A stretch of 64,000 nt of DNA from Actinomycetes bacterium (lineage in GTDB: Bacteria; Actinomycetota; Actinomycetes; S36-B12): the NCBI GenBank assembly GCA_024641635.1, contig JAHECS010000003.1:11110-75109 (forward strand), in the 5' to 3' direction. The translations under genes were made by a program, and so were the position numbers. Position 1 is the stretch's first letter; every line of letters starts with the position of its first letter. This document shows, in pieces, positions 1-8,494 of the stretch. The notes beneath the pieces are model-generated. The model was not told the DNA's origin, ran no database searches, and saw only the letters and a list, made by a program, of their open reading frames with translations.

Positions 1-1229
1 GCGATCTCCCCGAAGATGGGCGAGAGCGCGTCGAAGTAGCGATCCAGCAGGTCGGGGGTGTGCGCGATCGAGGCGTAGAGGACCGGCCCGCCCAGGAAGC
101 CCTCCTCCAGCAGGCGGCTCGTGAGGTAGGTCTTCACGAGAAGGGGGTCATGGCCGTCGACGGTGTACGTGGCCAGAGCGGGAAGCTCGCCCAGGGACAG
201 GGTCAGCCCGGCCCCGCCAGCCGACTCCTGCCAGCGCTCGAGAACCGCTTCGCCGAGAGCATGCACGCGCGCAGGGGCGTCCTCCTCTGCCATGGCATCG
301 AGTGCGGCCAGGGCGGCTGTCGGGCCGATGCGCTCGGTCCAGAAGGTGCTGGAGATGAAGGTCGACTGCGCGGCCTGCATGACCTCCTCGCGGCCGACGA
401 CGGCCGTGATCGCGTAGCCGTTGCCCAACGTCTTGCCGAAGGTGGCCAGGTCCGGCTCGACGCCGTAGTGCAGGTGCAGCCCGCCCAGCGTCCGGCGAAA
501 GCCCGAGGTGCACTCGTCGAAGATCAGGACGGCGTCGTGCTGCGTCGCGAGTTCGCGCACCCCCTCGAGGAAGCCCGGTGCCGGAGGGGTACTCCGCTGC
601 ACCTCCATGAAGATCACGCCCACGTCGGGGTCATTGGCGAGGATCGTGCGCAGGCCGTCGAGATCGTTGAAGCGGAAGGGGATCGACGTCCCGGCGAGCT
701 CACGCGGCACGCCACGCGGCTCCAGGCCGGGCAGCAGGTGGCCGTCGAGTGAGTCATCGGTACCGAGGTTCGCCGCGAGGTACCAGTCATGCCAGCCGTG
801 GTAGCCGCAGAAGGCCACCTTGGAACGGCCGGAGGCCGCGCGTGCGATCCGAACGGCGATGGCGCACACCTCCCCTCCGCTGCGGGCATAGCGCACCATG
901 TCGGCCCACGGATGCAGCTCGACCAGCCGGTCCGCCAGCCACACCTCCTCCGGAGCGTTCAGGGTCGAGAGGTTCCCCTTGTCGATCGTCCGGCGGACGG
1001 CCTCGTCCACCTTGGGGTGCGAGTAGCCCAGGATGTTCGTCCCGATCCCCATGAACCCGAAGTCCAGGTACTCGACGCCGTCGAGATCCCAGACGCGGCA
1101 CCCCTCGGTACGGTCGAAGTACGCGGGCCAGCCCGCGGGAAGCATGAGTTCGGCGCGCTTGCTCAACAGCATCGAGCCACCGGGAATGCGCTGCTTCGCA
1201 TGACCCCAGAGTTCCGATCCCTTGCTCAT
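1..1229 (-). CDS. Class III PLP-dependent aminotransferase (GSA-aminomutase-like, polysaccharide-locus type); 3' end runs off the window
   Basis: Not in the ORF track; translated by hand from ATG 1229: MSKGSELWGHAKQRIPGGSMLLSKR...GCRVWDLDGVEYLDF...CGYHGWHDW...LIFDECTSGFR...ATFGKTLGNG (PLP lysine). ATGA overlap with the upstream GT stop. Confidence 0.85.
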   Translation of the reverse strand, partial: MSKGSELWGHAKQRIPGGSMLLSKRAELMLPAGWPAYFDRTEGCRVWDLDGVEYLDFGFMGIGTNILGYSHPKVDEAVRRTIDKGNLSTLNAPEEVWLADRLVELHPWADMVRYARSGGEVCAIAVRIARAASGRSKVAFCGYHGWHDWYLAANLGTDDSLDGHLLPGLEPRGVPRELAGTSIPFRFNDLDGLRTILANDPDVGVIFMEVQRSTPPAPGFLEGVRELATQHDAVLIFDECTSGFRRTLGGLHLHYGVEPDLATFGKTLGNGYAITAVVGREEVMQAAQSTFISSTFWTERIGPTAALAALDAMAEEDAPARVHALGEAVLERWQESAGGAGLTLSLGELPALATYTVDGHDPLLVKTYLTSRLLEEGFLGGPVLYASIAHTPDLLDRYFDALSPIFGEI

Positions 1230-3085
1230 GCGCCGCGCCCTTTCATCCGGCGCAAGGGCGCGGTCACCTTCCACGACCGGGTGTTCGTCATGAAGTCCAT
1301 CTCCTGCCGGAGCGCCTCTGCGGCCGCCTTGTGCGCGATCACCTGGGCCTGCAGATCGTCGGCGTGCAGGACGACGAAGGATCTGATGCCGAGGAACCCT
1401 TCGATGGAGTCGTGAGCGTCCACGACGGTGAACGACACCTGCGCCGGCTCTCCTGCCACCCCGTCACCCAGCGGCAGGCTGACCACCGATCCGAGATAGA
1501 CGTCCTCGCGCACCGGACCACCGGGGCCGGTGGCCTCGATGGTGGCCACCCCTGGCATCGAACGCGTTGACAGGAGCATAAGAAGCGGGCCGTCGACAGG
1601 CCGGGTGACGCGCACGTCGACGCGGCGGCCGGGCCGGACCTCGTTGCCCCAGGTCTGCGGTGCCCCGAAGGTGCCCACCACAGCGGCGTCGACGACCTCG
1701 AAGTCACGCTCCCCTCGGGGCTGGCCGAGCATCGGAGTGGTGCCCTCCGACTGAAGATGCGCGTAGTAGCGGTCGGCGTAGCCGCCATCCGGACCCGGCT
1801 GACCGACCGCCAGCATGTACTCGCGCCCGAGCTCGATCGTGGGGATCACGGACGGTCTCGCCTCCTCCTCGTCGGCAGCTCGCACCTCGTCGAGAAGTGT
1901 CGCAGCAACGTCGTGCCAGCTGATGGGTTCGCGCGCATCGGCCGCGATGCGGCCCTCGGCCGTGGTCCGCGCCGCTTCGTCGAGGGCAGACTCTTCCAGC
2001 ACGCGGACGAAGTCGTCGAGGTCGTCACTTGCGAAGTAGGCGGCGAGATCACGGCCGGCCTCAGGAATCGAGGAGTTGCGTGCGGCCACCGGGAGCCGTC
2101 CGAAGGCCAGGCTCTCCGAGACCGGTAGGCCCCATCCCTCGTAGCGAGACGGGTAGACCGTGAAGAGGGCATGGGCGTAGAAGCGGGCAAGGTCGTGGTC
2201 AGAGACGCTGGTGGACAGCACGCTGACCTTGCCGGCAAGGCCCTTCGTGCGCACGTATGCGTCGAGGAACTCGTCGGCGTGCCAGCCCAGGCGCCCGATG
2301 CACACCAGGTCGGGCACGTTCTGCGAACCGTGGCGTTGGACCAGCCGGTCCCAGGCCTGCAGGGCGAGGACGTGGTTCTTGCGGGACTCGACCGTTCCCA
2401 CGAACAGGGCATAGGGGCGAGGCCAAGGATCGTCGCTGGTGTCGAAAGCGCCGGGGGTCAGGCCGCACGGCAGCCCGGTCGCTTGACCGGGGGGAGCGGT
2501 CCAGCCCCGAGCCGAGCAGTAGTCCTCGTAGTCGTGGCGGCTGGATTCGGAGATGGCGGGAACACGCGACCCGGTCTGGGTGATGAGGGTGAGGTAGCGG
2601 TCGAAGAGCTTGTTGACCGCGGCGGTGTGACCTGCCTCCATCACGGGCGTCAGGTCGTACAGGAGGTAGACGCACCTGGCGCCCTGGGCATGGACGTCCC
2701 TGGCCGCCAGCATCAGCGCGTCATTGATCCAGACCGCTCCGAGGAAGAGCACCGTGCTTCCTTCGCCCACTGAGACATGCTCCGCGGACTTCGCCCGCAC
2801 GAGGCAGGCGCCGGCTGCCTCGGCCACCTCCGACCCGCCCACATCCGAGCCGGCGGACGCCCCACGCCGTACAAGCACGTCCGTCTCCGAACCGGTCAGT
2901 TCGACGAAGACGCCCCGTCGACGGTCGAGGACCACTGCCCTGGCCGACGGATCGGAAGCGAGCAAGAGGGGCACGGTCTCGGCGATGACCCGTTGGACAC
3001 CTGAGACCGACTCCTGCCGCTGGAGGAACTCGACGAGGTCGCTGACATCGAGCAGGAGCCGTCCGCCACCGATGATCGCGCCCAC
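1226..3085 (-). CDS. Glycosyltransferase family 4 (GT-B) with C-terminal extension
   Basis: SGVQRV N-terminal motif, VGTVESRKNH, YPSRYEGWGLPVSESL (EX7E), SSIPEAG; C-terminal coil followed by SWKVTAPLR. Confidence 0.85.
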   Translation of the reverse strand: MGAIIGGGRLLLDVSDLVEFLQRQESVSGVQRVIAETVPLLLASDPSARAVVLDRRRGVFVELTGSETDVLVRRGASAGSDVGGSEVAEAAGACLVRAKSAEHVSVGEGSTVLFLGAVWINDALMLAARDVHAQGARCVYLLYDLTPVMEAGHTAAVNKLFDRYLTLITQTGSRVPAISESSRHDYEDYCSARGWTAPPGQATGLPCGLTPGAFDTSDDPWPRPYALFVGTVESRKNHVLALQAWDRLVQRHGSQNVPDLVCIGRLGWHADEFLDAYVRTKGLAGKVSVLSTSVSDHDLARFYAHALFTVYPSRYEGWGLPVSESLAFGRLPVAARNSSIPEAGRDLAAYFASDDLDDFVRVLEESALDEAARTTAEGRIAADAREPISWHDVAATLLDEVRAADEEEARPSVIPTIELGREYMLAVGQPGPDGGYADRYYAHLQSEGTTPMLGQPRGERDFEVVDAAVVGTFGAPQTWGNEVRPGRRVDVRVTRPVDGPLLMLLSTRSMPGVATIEATGPGGPVREDVYLGSVVSLPLGDGVAGEPAQVSFTVVDAHDSIEGFLGIRSFVVLHADDLQAQVIAHKAAAEALRQEMDFMTNTRSWKVTAPLRRMKGRGA

Positions 3086-3201
3086 GGGGGCAGCCTATGA
3101 CGGTGCCGCGGATCGGGACGCCGGCGCGACGCAGCGAAGGTGCCGAGGGCAAGGCGTGTAGCCTCAACCACTCACTTCGATACGCGTGGGAGGTTTGTTC
3201 G

Positions 3202-4020
3202 GTGAGGTCCGGCGGCGTCGCGCTCCTTTGGGGCCCACCACGGTCCGGCACGACGTGGCTGTTCAACGTGGTCCGGCACATGCTGGAGCACGGGGACATG
3301 GGGTACCAGACGTGGGTGTTCGGGCACCGTGCTCCTCGACCCATCAAGGGACTGCCACTTCTGGTCAAGTCCCACCAGGCCCATTCCCTCGATGAGCTCG
3401 TCGGCCTGTCCGAGACCGGCAACGTGAACCTCGCCACGATCTTCAGGGATCCGCACGTCACATTCCAGTCGCTGCTTCGCACCCAGTCCGTGCACGGCGA
3501 CGAGCTCGTCTCGTGGCTCAGTCGAGACATCGAGAGTCTCCGTGAGGCTTTGGATGTCCTTCCGGTCGGGGTCGTGATCAGGGAGGAATGGATCGAGGAG
3601 AGAGCTCCTGAGGTGATCGCTGCTCTTGGGGCTCTCCTGGACATCCCGCTCAGCGACACTGCGGCACAGGCCACTGCTGATCGATACTCGCGCGAGAACG
3701 TCCGACGATCAATCTCCGACCTTGCGCGAAGTAGGGGTTGGGCCCACTCCTTCGACCACTACGACCGGGAATCCCACTGGCACGCCAATCACATCGCCCC
3801 GCCAGACCACCCAGTCGAGGACATCACGGACGACCAGCGTGCCGAACTGGATCGCCTCTCCCTGATCGTCGACGAACTCACCGAGAACCACGGAATCCTG
3901 AACACCGAACCGCTTCCCGTCACGAAACGGAACCGCCCCGTCGCCCACGACCTGCTGCGTTCCCAGCGTTGGGCGTCTCGGCCTCGATGGAGGTCGACGT
4001 TGCTACTCGGCCGCAAGTAG
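3202..4020 (+). CDS. Sulfotransferase-fold protein
   Basis: GPPRSGTTWL (5'-PSB-like loop), VKSH, IFRDP; GTG start with GGGAGG RBS at 3188-3193. Confidence 0.6.
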   Translation: MRSGGVALLWGPPRSGTTWLFNVVRHMLEHGDMGYQTWVFGHRAPRPIKGLPLLVKSHQAHSLDELVGLSETGNVNLATIFRDPHVTFQSLLRTQSVHGDELVSWLSRDIESLREALDVLPVGVVIREEWIEERAPEVIAALGALLDIPLSDTAAQATADRYSRENVRRSISDLARSRGWAHSFDHYDRESHWHANHIAPPDHPVEDITDDQRAELDRLSLIVDELTENHGILNTEPLPVTKRNRPVAHDLLRSQRWASRPRWRSTLLLGRK

Positions 4021-4029
4021 CCTGACCGC

Positions 4030-5760
4030 GTGACGGGACGACTGCGTCCGGGGACCCAGGCGCAGGCGTGGACCGATGTCCTGATCGTCACGTGCATCGG
4101 CGCCCTAACGACCTTCCTCTCCGGAGCGCAGCGGTGGACCGGCTTCAACTCGCCGGATTCAGAGTTCTACGCGTCGCTCGCGCTCTTCGGTGACGACGTC
4201 GCGGGTCGCGCCATCGATCCGGCCTACACGACCACGCGCCTGGGCTACATCGCGCCCGTGCGCGTCCTCGTGACGACGCTGGACCCGTGGATCGGCTTCG
4301 CGATCTGGCGCCTCGTTCTCATCACCCTCATCGTCGGGTCGCTCTACGCCTTGGTGCGGATGGTCAGTACCCGGCAACTGGCTGTGCTCGTGTCCGCTGC
4401 GGGGGCGCTGAACACCGTCGTCCTGAGCTACGTCGGGAACACCTACCTGACCGGGACGGTCATGGCCGGAGTCCTGCTGCTGCTCGCCCTGGGGGCCTGG
4501 CCCGGGCTGGGCTCGCCGTCGCGCGCGTGGCTCCCCGCGTTGCTGTCGGGCGCCACGGCGGCGTGGCTGGTCATGACGAACCCCTATGGGTTCCTGCTGG
4601 GCCTGTCCATGTGGTTCGGACTCAGGACCCTCGTGCTTGTCTCCGCGAAGGATGGTCGCTGGCGAGCCCTGGCTCGCGACACGGTTCTTGCGGCAGTCGG
4701 TTTCGGCGTCGTGTTCAGCGCCTTCCTCCTGGCGGGCCGGGTCATCTTCCCCGGACGGTCGTGGCTCGGGACCTACCTGGACTGGAACGCCCGACTCGAC
4801 TACTCGGTCTTCGTTGGCGACCCGGACGTGTGGCAGCGGGACGTCGCGCTGCTCGTGCCCGCCGCCGCCGTCGTCGTAGCCCTCATCGCCCTCGCCCTGG
4901 GGGGCAGCCGCCGAGCAGCCATCGTCGCCGTAGCGGTCGCTGTCCTGAACTGGGTCTTCACGTTCGGCTACCTCTGGCTGGTCCCGGGTCCGTGGCTGGA
5001 AGCACCCACCTACGTCGCCCTGCTGTGGCCCGGAGCCCTGGCGGCCGTCGCCTTGTCATTCGCCTCCATCGTCGGCCGGCGCAGCCTGGGGCCCGCAGGG
5101 TGGATCACCGGTCTTCTGGCGCTGCCCTTCGTGCTCTGGGCGGGTCGGTGGGAGCTCGATCTCACCGGGGTACAGGGGCTGGCCATCGCGCTTGTCATGC
5201 TCGTGCTGGTCGCCGCGGCGGCTCTCCTTGTGCGCCGCAGCGAAAGCCCGAGCGGGCGGGTCACTGCTGTGTCCGTCGTCCTCGCCCTGGCCGCGATGAC
5301 CGTTGGGGCCCAGGTGCTCCAGAACGGCCGGGGTCTGCTGGGCATCTACGGGCAGTTCCCGTTCCGGGCCGCCTACGTTGACTTCCAGGCCGAGCACCTC
5401 ATGCGCGCAAAGGCGGCAGCCGAGGAGTTCGTGCTGGCGCAGACGGCGCCCGACGACGTGGTCGGGGTGTGGACCGACGCCGATCGCCTGACATCGGGAA
5501 TCGCCGCCATGCAGCTGTGGAGCAACTACAACGCCGTCGGCTATTCGGCGACGTTGACCCCGGAGGAGACCGAGAGGCTGGAGCAGGTCAAGCCCTCCGC
5601 ACTTGCGATGTACGCACCCAGCCGCGATCAGATCTATGCGTTCTGGCAGAGCCTCCCAGCCCGGGCCGGTGCGTCGGTGCCGGAGTGCACCACAGTGCCC
5701 TTCCTCGGCATCGGGTCGCCGGAGGCGCACGTCTGCGTCACCCACCTCGCCTGGCCCTAG
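4030..5760 (+). CDS. Polytopic membrane protein, probable GT-C-type glycosyltransferase
   Basis: Many hydrophobic segments, acidic first loop (NSPDSEFY), soluble C-terminal domain; glycan-locus context. Confidence 0.55.
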   Translation: MTGRLRPGTQAQAWTDVLIVTCIGALTTFLSGAQRWTGFNSPDSEFYASLALFGDDVAGRAIDPAYTTTRLGYIAPVRVLVTTLDPWIGFAIWRLVLITLIVGSLYALVRMVSTRQLAVLVSAAGALNTVVLSYVGNTYLTGTVMAGVLLLLALGAWPGLGSPSRAWLPALLSGATAAWLVMTNPYGFLLGLSMWFGLRTLVLVSAKDGRWRALARDTVLAAVGFGVVFSAFLLAGRVIFPGRSWLGTYLDWNARLDYSVFVGDPDVWQRDVALLVPAAAVVVALIALALGGSRRAAIVAVAVAVLNWVFTFGYLWLVPGPWLEAPTYVALLWPGALAAVALSFASIVGRRSLGPAGWITGLLALPFVLWAGRWELDLTGVQGLAIALVMLVLVAAAALLVRRSESPSGRVTAVSVVLALAAMTVGAQVLQNGRGLLGIYGQFPFRAAYVDFQAEHLMRAKAAAEEFVLAQTAPDDVVGVWTDADRLTSGIAAMQLWSNYNAVGYSATLTPEETERLEQVKPSALAMYAPSRDQIYAFWQSLPARAGASVPECTTVPFLGIGSPEAHVCVTHLAWP

Positions 5761-5765
5761 CCGAC

Positions 5766-5814
5766 CTTGAGGTTGCGGGCGCGCAATCCACGGATTCCTG
5801 CCCGGAACCTCAAG
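5766..5814. repeat. Inverted repeat (REP-like or bidirectional terminator) between convergent genes
   Basis: CTTGAGGTTGCGGGC ... GCCCGGAACCTCAAG (14/15 complementary) with inner AATCC-ac-GGATT. Confidence 0.7.
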
Positions 5815-5841
5815 CTCGACGGGGTGGCGGGGCGGGCAGTG

Positions 5842-6678
5842 TCAGAGCAGGGTGCGCAGGAGGCGCGGGATGGCCAGTTCTGGCGCTGTGTTCGACGTCG
5901 CAACGGATGTCAGGCTGCGCACCTCGCCCAGCCTGCCCACGGTTCGCGGCAACCGCGCGACTCCGGCGGCCAGGCGACCGGCCGTCGAACGCGCCTGATC
6001 CCCAGGGTCCAGACCGACCTCCTGGCCTGCCGAGACCCGGTAGTCGATGACGATCTCGTCGTCGACCCGCAACTCCTCACGAGCGACGGCAACGAGACTC
6101 CACCAGCGGTCATGAAGCCAACCGGATGGGATCTCGACGTCCGCGAAGGCCGCGGGACGGACGGCACTGGCCCCACCAGTGGCCACGGAGTGCCGCAGGA
6201 CGGTGCGCATGCGCTCAGCCGGCGAGGCCATCGACCACACCACGGGCGTGGGGAAGGCGGAACGAAGCGTCCCCTCGATCGGCAGGCCATCCGCGCCGAC
6301 CAGCCGCCCATTCGACGCGAGCATGGTGTCCTGCTGCCACAGCTCAAGGACGCCGACCTGGTGCCCGATCCGATTCGGATGCCAGATGTCATCGTGGTCG
6401 CCGAGCACGGCAACGTCGCAGTCCCGGACCTGCTGAAGGCCCAGCCGGAAGTTGTGCGCGATCCTCGTGGCGCGATCTGGTGTTGCCGCAGTTGACGGGA
6501 CGACACGCACTCGATCGCCAAGCGCCCTCATCACCAGCTCAACGGTGCGATCAGTAGAGCCGTCATCGACGACCACGACATCGTCGGGTCGTCGCGACTG
6601 GGCGAGCACGCTCGCCAGCGTCGCCTCGATCCAGCGTTCGGAGTTGCTCGTGACCAGGACGACGGCCACTCGAGTCAT
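5842..6678 (-). CDS. Glycosyltransferase family 2 (rhamnosyltransferase-like)
   Basis: VVVDDGSTD, GDHDDIW, WLHDRW; ATG 6678 overlaps upstream stop (ATGA). Confidence 0.85.
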   Translation of the reverse strand: MTRVAVVLVTSNSERWIEATLASVLAQSRRPDDVVVVDDGSTDRTVELVMRALGDRVRVVPSTAATPDRATRIAHNFRLGLQQVRDCDVAVLGDHDDIWHPNRIGHQVGVLELWQQDTMLASNGRLVGADGLPIEGTLRSAFPTPVVWSMASPAERMRTVLRHSVATGGASAVRPAAFADVEIPSGWLHDRWWSLVAVAREELRVDDEIVIDYRVSAGQEVGLDPGDQARSTAGRLAAGVARLPRTVGRLGEVRSLTSVATSNTAPELAIPRLLRTLL

Positions 6679-7787
6679 CGCCGTCGCCTTTGTGCATCGA
6701 GGCGTCGGATGAGCTTCTCGTAGTCGTCCGTCACCGCGTCCCACTGGTACGCGTCGAGCACGCGCTGTCGTCCGAGCGCTCGTAGTTCATCGAGACGAGC
6801 GGTCTCCGATCCCGACGCGATCGCGTTGAAGAGGTCTTCGAGCGCATCGGCATCTGCCCAGAAGTAGGCGGCTCCTGCGGTCACCTCCCGATTGAACTCC
6901 ACGTCATACGCCAGCACGGCCGCACCGGCCCCCATGGCGCGAAGCAGCGACGGATTCGTCCCGCCTACCGAGTGCCCGTGAATGTAGGTGGTCGCGTTGG
7001 CGTACAGCTGGTCGAGGAGCGCCTGGTCGTAGATCCCTCCGGTGAAACGGATGCGCGGGTCGGCCTTGGCGGCGGCATGCACCTTCTCCACGTACCAGTC
7101 TGAGTAGGGCGCGCTGCCGACCACGACCAGCGGCTGGGTCTGGGCGCTGACTCGATACGCGTGAACGGCGTCGAGCACGTGGTTCTCGGGCTCGAATCGG
7201 GCCACGATCAGGTGGTACGCGCGGCTTTCGAGGCCTAGTTCGGGCAGCCGGTCACTACCGGGCTCGATGACTTCGGCCCCGTAGGGGATGACCACGCAGT
7301 CACGCCCGTACTGGGCGCGCACGTGGTCGGCGATGGCCTGGGCGTCGGCGATCACCTCCGTCCCCCACTTCACGGCGGCCCTCTCTGCCCAGCGGTAGTA
7401 CTTCGCCCCCGCACCGCGCCACTTCTCCCGTTTCGACTCAAGGCCGTCGAGGTGGATGGCCGTCGGAATCCCTGCCAGCGCAAGCGGCTTCAGGAGGGGA
7501 GCGTTACCGGCGTTGAGCAGCAGCACGACGTCCGGACGATCCGCGACGATCGCGTGAGCGGTGCTCAGGGCCGTGTGCGAGAGGGTCTCGGTCATCCGGT
7601 GCCTCAGCGCAGGCACGTTGACAAGATGCATTCCCTCGTAGGAGGTGATGTGCTGACCGGGGTTGCGGCAGTAGACGGTGACCTCGTAGCCGCGCGCGAC
7701 GAGTCGCCGGCCGATCTCCTCCACCGCCGTCTCGAAGCCCCCGTAGAGCGCGGGGACTCCCCGCGTGCCCATCAGGGTGACCTTCAC
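6675..7787 (-). CDS. Glycosyltransferase family 4 (DUF1972-type)
   Basis: GTRGVPALYGGFET, ARFEPEN, HGHSVGGTNPSLL; GTG 7787 lies 7 nt after a TACGGT -10 box. Confidence 0.88.
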   Translation of the reverse strand: MKVTLMGTRGVPALYGGFETAVEEIGRRLVARGYEVTVYCRNPGQHITSYEGMHLVNVPALRHRMTETLSHTALSTAHAIVADRPDVVLLLNAGNAPLLKPLALAGIPTAIHLDGLESKREKWRGAGAKYYRWAERAAVKWGTEVIADAQAIADHVRAQYGRDCVVIPYGAEVIEPGSDRLPELGLESRAYHLIVARFEPENHVLDAVHAYRVSAQTQPLVVVGSAPYSDWYVEKVHAAAKADPRIRFTGGIYDQALLDQLYANATTYIHGHSVGGTNPSLLRAMGAGAAVLAYDVEFNREVTAGAAYFWADADALEDLFNAIASGSETARLDELRALGRQRVLDAYQWDAVTDDYEKLIRRLDAQRRRR

Positions 7788-7828
7788 GTGGCTCACCGTA
7801 CCCATCGCCGGCTGATAGCCTCCCGGCC

Positions 7829-8431
7829 GTGGAGGTGACAGCGCGCGGCATCGACGGCGTCTGGGAGTTCACCCCCGTCCTCCGACCCGATGACCGAGGC
7901 GTATTCCTCGAGTCCTTCAAGGCGTCGTCCTTCGAGGAGGCTGTCGGCCACGCCCTTGACCTCCAGCAGATGAACATCTCGGTGTCGAAGGCCGGCACCG
8001 TGCGCGGCGTGCACTTCGCCGACGTGCCTCCCGGGCAGGCCAAGTACGTGCAGTGCTTCCACGGACGCATCCTCGACGTCGTCGTCGACATCCGCGTCGG
8101 GTCGCCCACCTTCGGCCAGTGGGATGCCATCGAGCTCACCGCAGACCTTCGCAACGGGCTGTACATCGCCGAGGGACTCGGCCATGCGTTCTGCGCCCTC
8201 ACCGATTCCGCGACGGTCGGCTACCTGTGCTCGGAGCCGTTCGCCCCGGCCCGGGAGCACGGCATCACCCCGGTCGACCCGGCACTGGGCCTGCCGTGGC
8301 CGGACATGGAACTGCTCCTGTCGCCCAAGGACATCGCCGCTCCGACCCTGGCCGAAGCGGTCGAGCAATGCCTGCTTCCGCAGTACGACGAGTGCACGGA
8401 CTTCATCGCGGAGCTCCGCTCCGTTCGTTGA
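7829..8431 (+). CDS. rmlC: dTDP-4-dehydrorhamnose 3,5-epimerase
   Basis: DDRGVFLESF, GTVRGVHF, QAKYV, DIRVGSPTFG, GLGHAF, LSPKD. Confidence 0.93.
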   Translation: MEVTARGIDGVWEFTPVLRPDDRGVFLESFKASSFEEAVGHALDLQQMNISVSKAGTVRGVHFADVPPGQAKYVQCFHGRILDVVVDIRVGSPTFGQWDAIELTADLRNGLYIAEGLGHAFCALTDSATVGYLCSEPFAPAREHGITPVDPALGLPWPDMELLLSPKDIAAPTLAEAVEQCLLPQYDECTDFIAELRSVR

Positions 8432-8489
8432 GTGCGGAGTTGTTGGGGCCTCAGCGCGTGAGAAACCCCCAACAAGTCAGCACTCAACG
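8426..8489. repeat. Inverted repeat (REP-like or bidirectional terminator) between convergent genes
   Basis: 23-bp arms at 8426-8448 and 8467-8489 with 2 mismatches. Confidence 0.75.
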
Positions 8490-8494
8490 GTCTG

